DNA of 34,551 nucleotides. Origin: Chloropicon primus (Eukaryota). Below are positions 33,959 to 34,551 of the stretch, one piece after another. Position 1 is the stretch's first letter. The number at the start of each line of letters is the position of its first letter. The position numbers were made by a program, and so were the translations under genes. The notes below the pieces were generated by a model, which saw nothing but the letters and a program-made list of their open reading frames with translations, was not told the origin of the DNA and ran no database searches. The stretch spans positions 1,426,001 to 1,460,551 of the forward strand of contig CP060757.1 of assembly GCA_023205875.1 (NCBI GenBank). Reading direction: 5' to 3'.

Positions 33959-34551
33959 AGGTTTAGGCTTGTAGGTTTGTAGGTTGTTAGGTTGTTAGGT
34001 TGTTAGGTTGGTTTAGGTTTTAGGTTTTAGGTTTTAGGTTTTAGGTTTTAGGTTTTAGGTTTTAGGTTTTAGGTTTTAGGTTTTAGGTTTTAGGTTTTAG
34101 GTTTTAGGTTTTAGGTTTTAGGTTTTAGGTTTTAGGTTTTAGGTTTTAGGTTTTAGGTTTTAGGTTTTAGGTTTTAGGTTTTAGGTTTTAGGTTTTAGGT
34201 TTTTAGGTTTTAGGTTTTAGGTTTTAGGTTTTAGGTTTTAGGTTTTAGGTTTTAGGTTTTAGGTTTTAGGTTTTAGGTTTTAGGTTTTAGGTTTTAGGTT
34301 TTAGGTTTTAGGTTTTAGGTTTTAGGTTTTAGGTTTTAGGTTTTAGGTTTTAGGTTTTAGGTTTTTAGGTTTTAGGTTTTAGGTTTTAGGTTTTAGGTTT
34401 TAGGTTTTTAGGTTTTAGGTTTTTAGGTTTTAGGTTTTTAGGTTTTAGGTTTTAGGTTTTAGGTTTTAGGTTTTAGGTTTTAGGTTTTAGGTTTTAGGTT
34501 TTGGGTTTTTAGGTTTAGGTTTTAGGTTTTAGGTTTTAGGTTTTAGGTTTT
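33957..34551 (+). repeat. Telomere: degenerate repeats (33957-34017), then (TTTTAGG)n to the end of the window
   Basis: ~530 bp of TTTTAGG with the G-rich strand pointing to the end and occasional T5/T3 variants. Confidence 0.98.

Overview
Gene-dense, GC-rich eukaryotic (green algal) nuclear DNA running to a right-hand chromosome end. Short GT-AG introns with CTGAC/CTAAC branch points, plastid-targeted genes and a (TTTTAGG)n telomere suggest a picoplanktonic chlorophyte such as Chloropicon (inference). Twenty protein genes are supported: a truncated calpain-like gene, SP1/MUL1-like RING E3, DP factor, RPB1, a TM-PDZ-like-RING protein, METTL13, ICT1/ArfB, GatA, PLAC8, a GDAP1-like GST, two small Cys/Pro-rich proteins, UBC27/UBE2K, GPX, HemC, PsaM, a Voa1/Ac45-like micro-protein, and two tandem copies of a secreted alpha/beta hydrolase. 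These are followed by a ~198-bp subtelomeric repeat and the telomere. The highlights are: (1) a GPX with an in-frame UGA (Sec), a type-II SECIS inside a larger nested 3'UTR structure and a Tat-type lumen signal; (2) a nuclear, intron-containing psaM; (3) a 91-aa Ac45/Voa1-like protein with no lumenal domain; (4) a calpain lacking catalytic Cys and His; (5) a duplicated PETase/cutinase-like hydrolase whose copies differ only near the unit edges.
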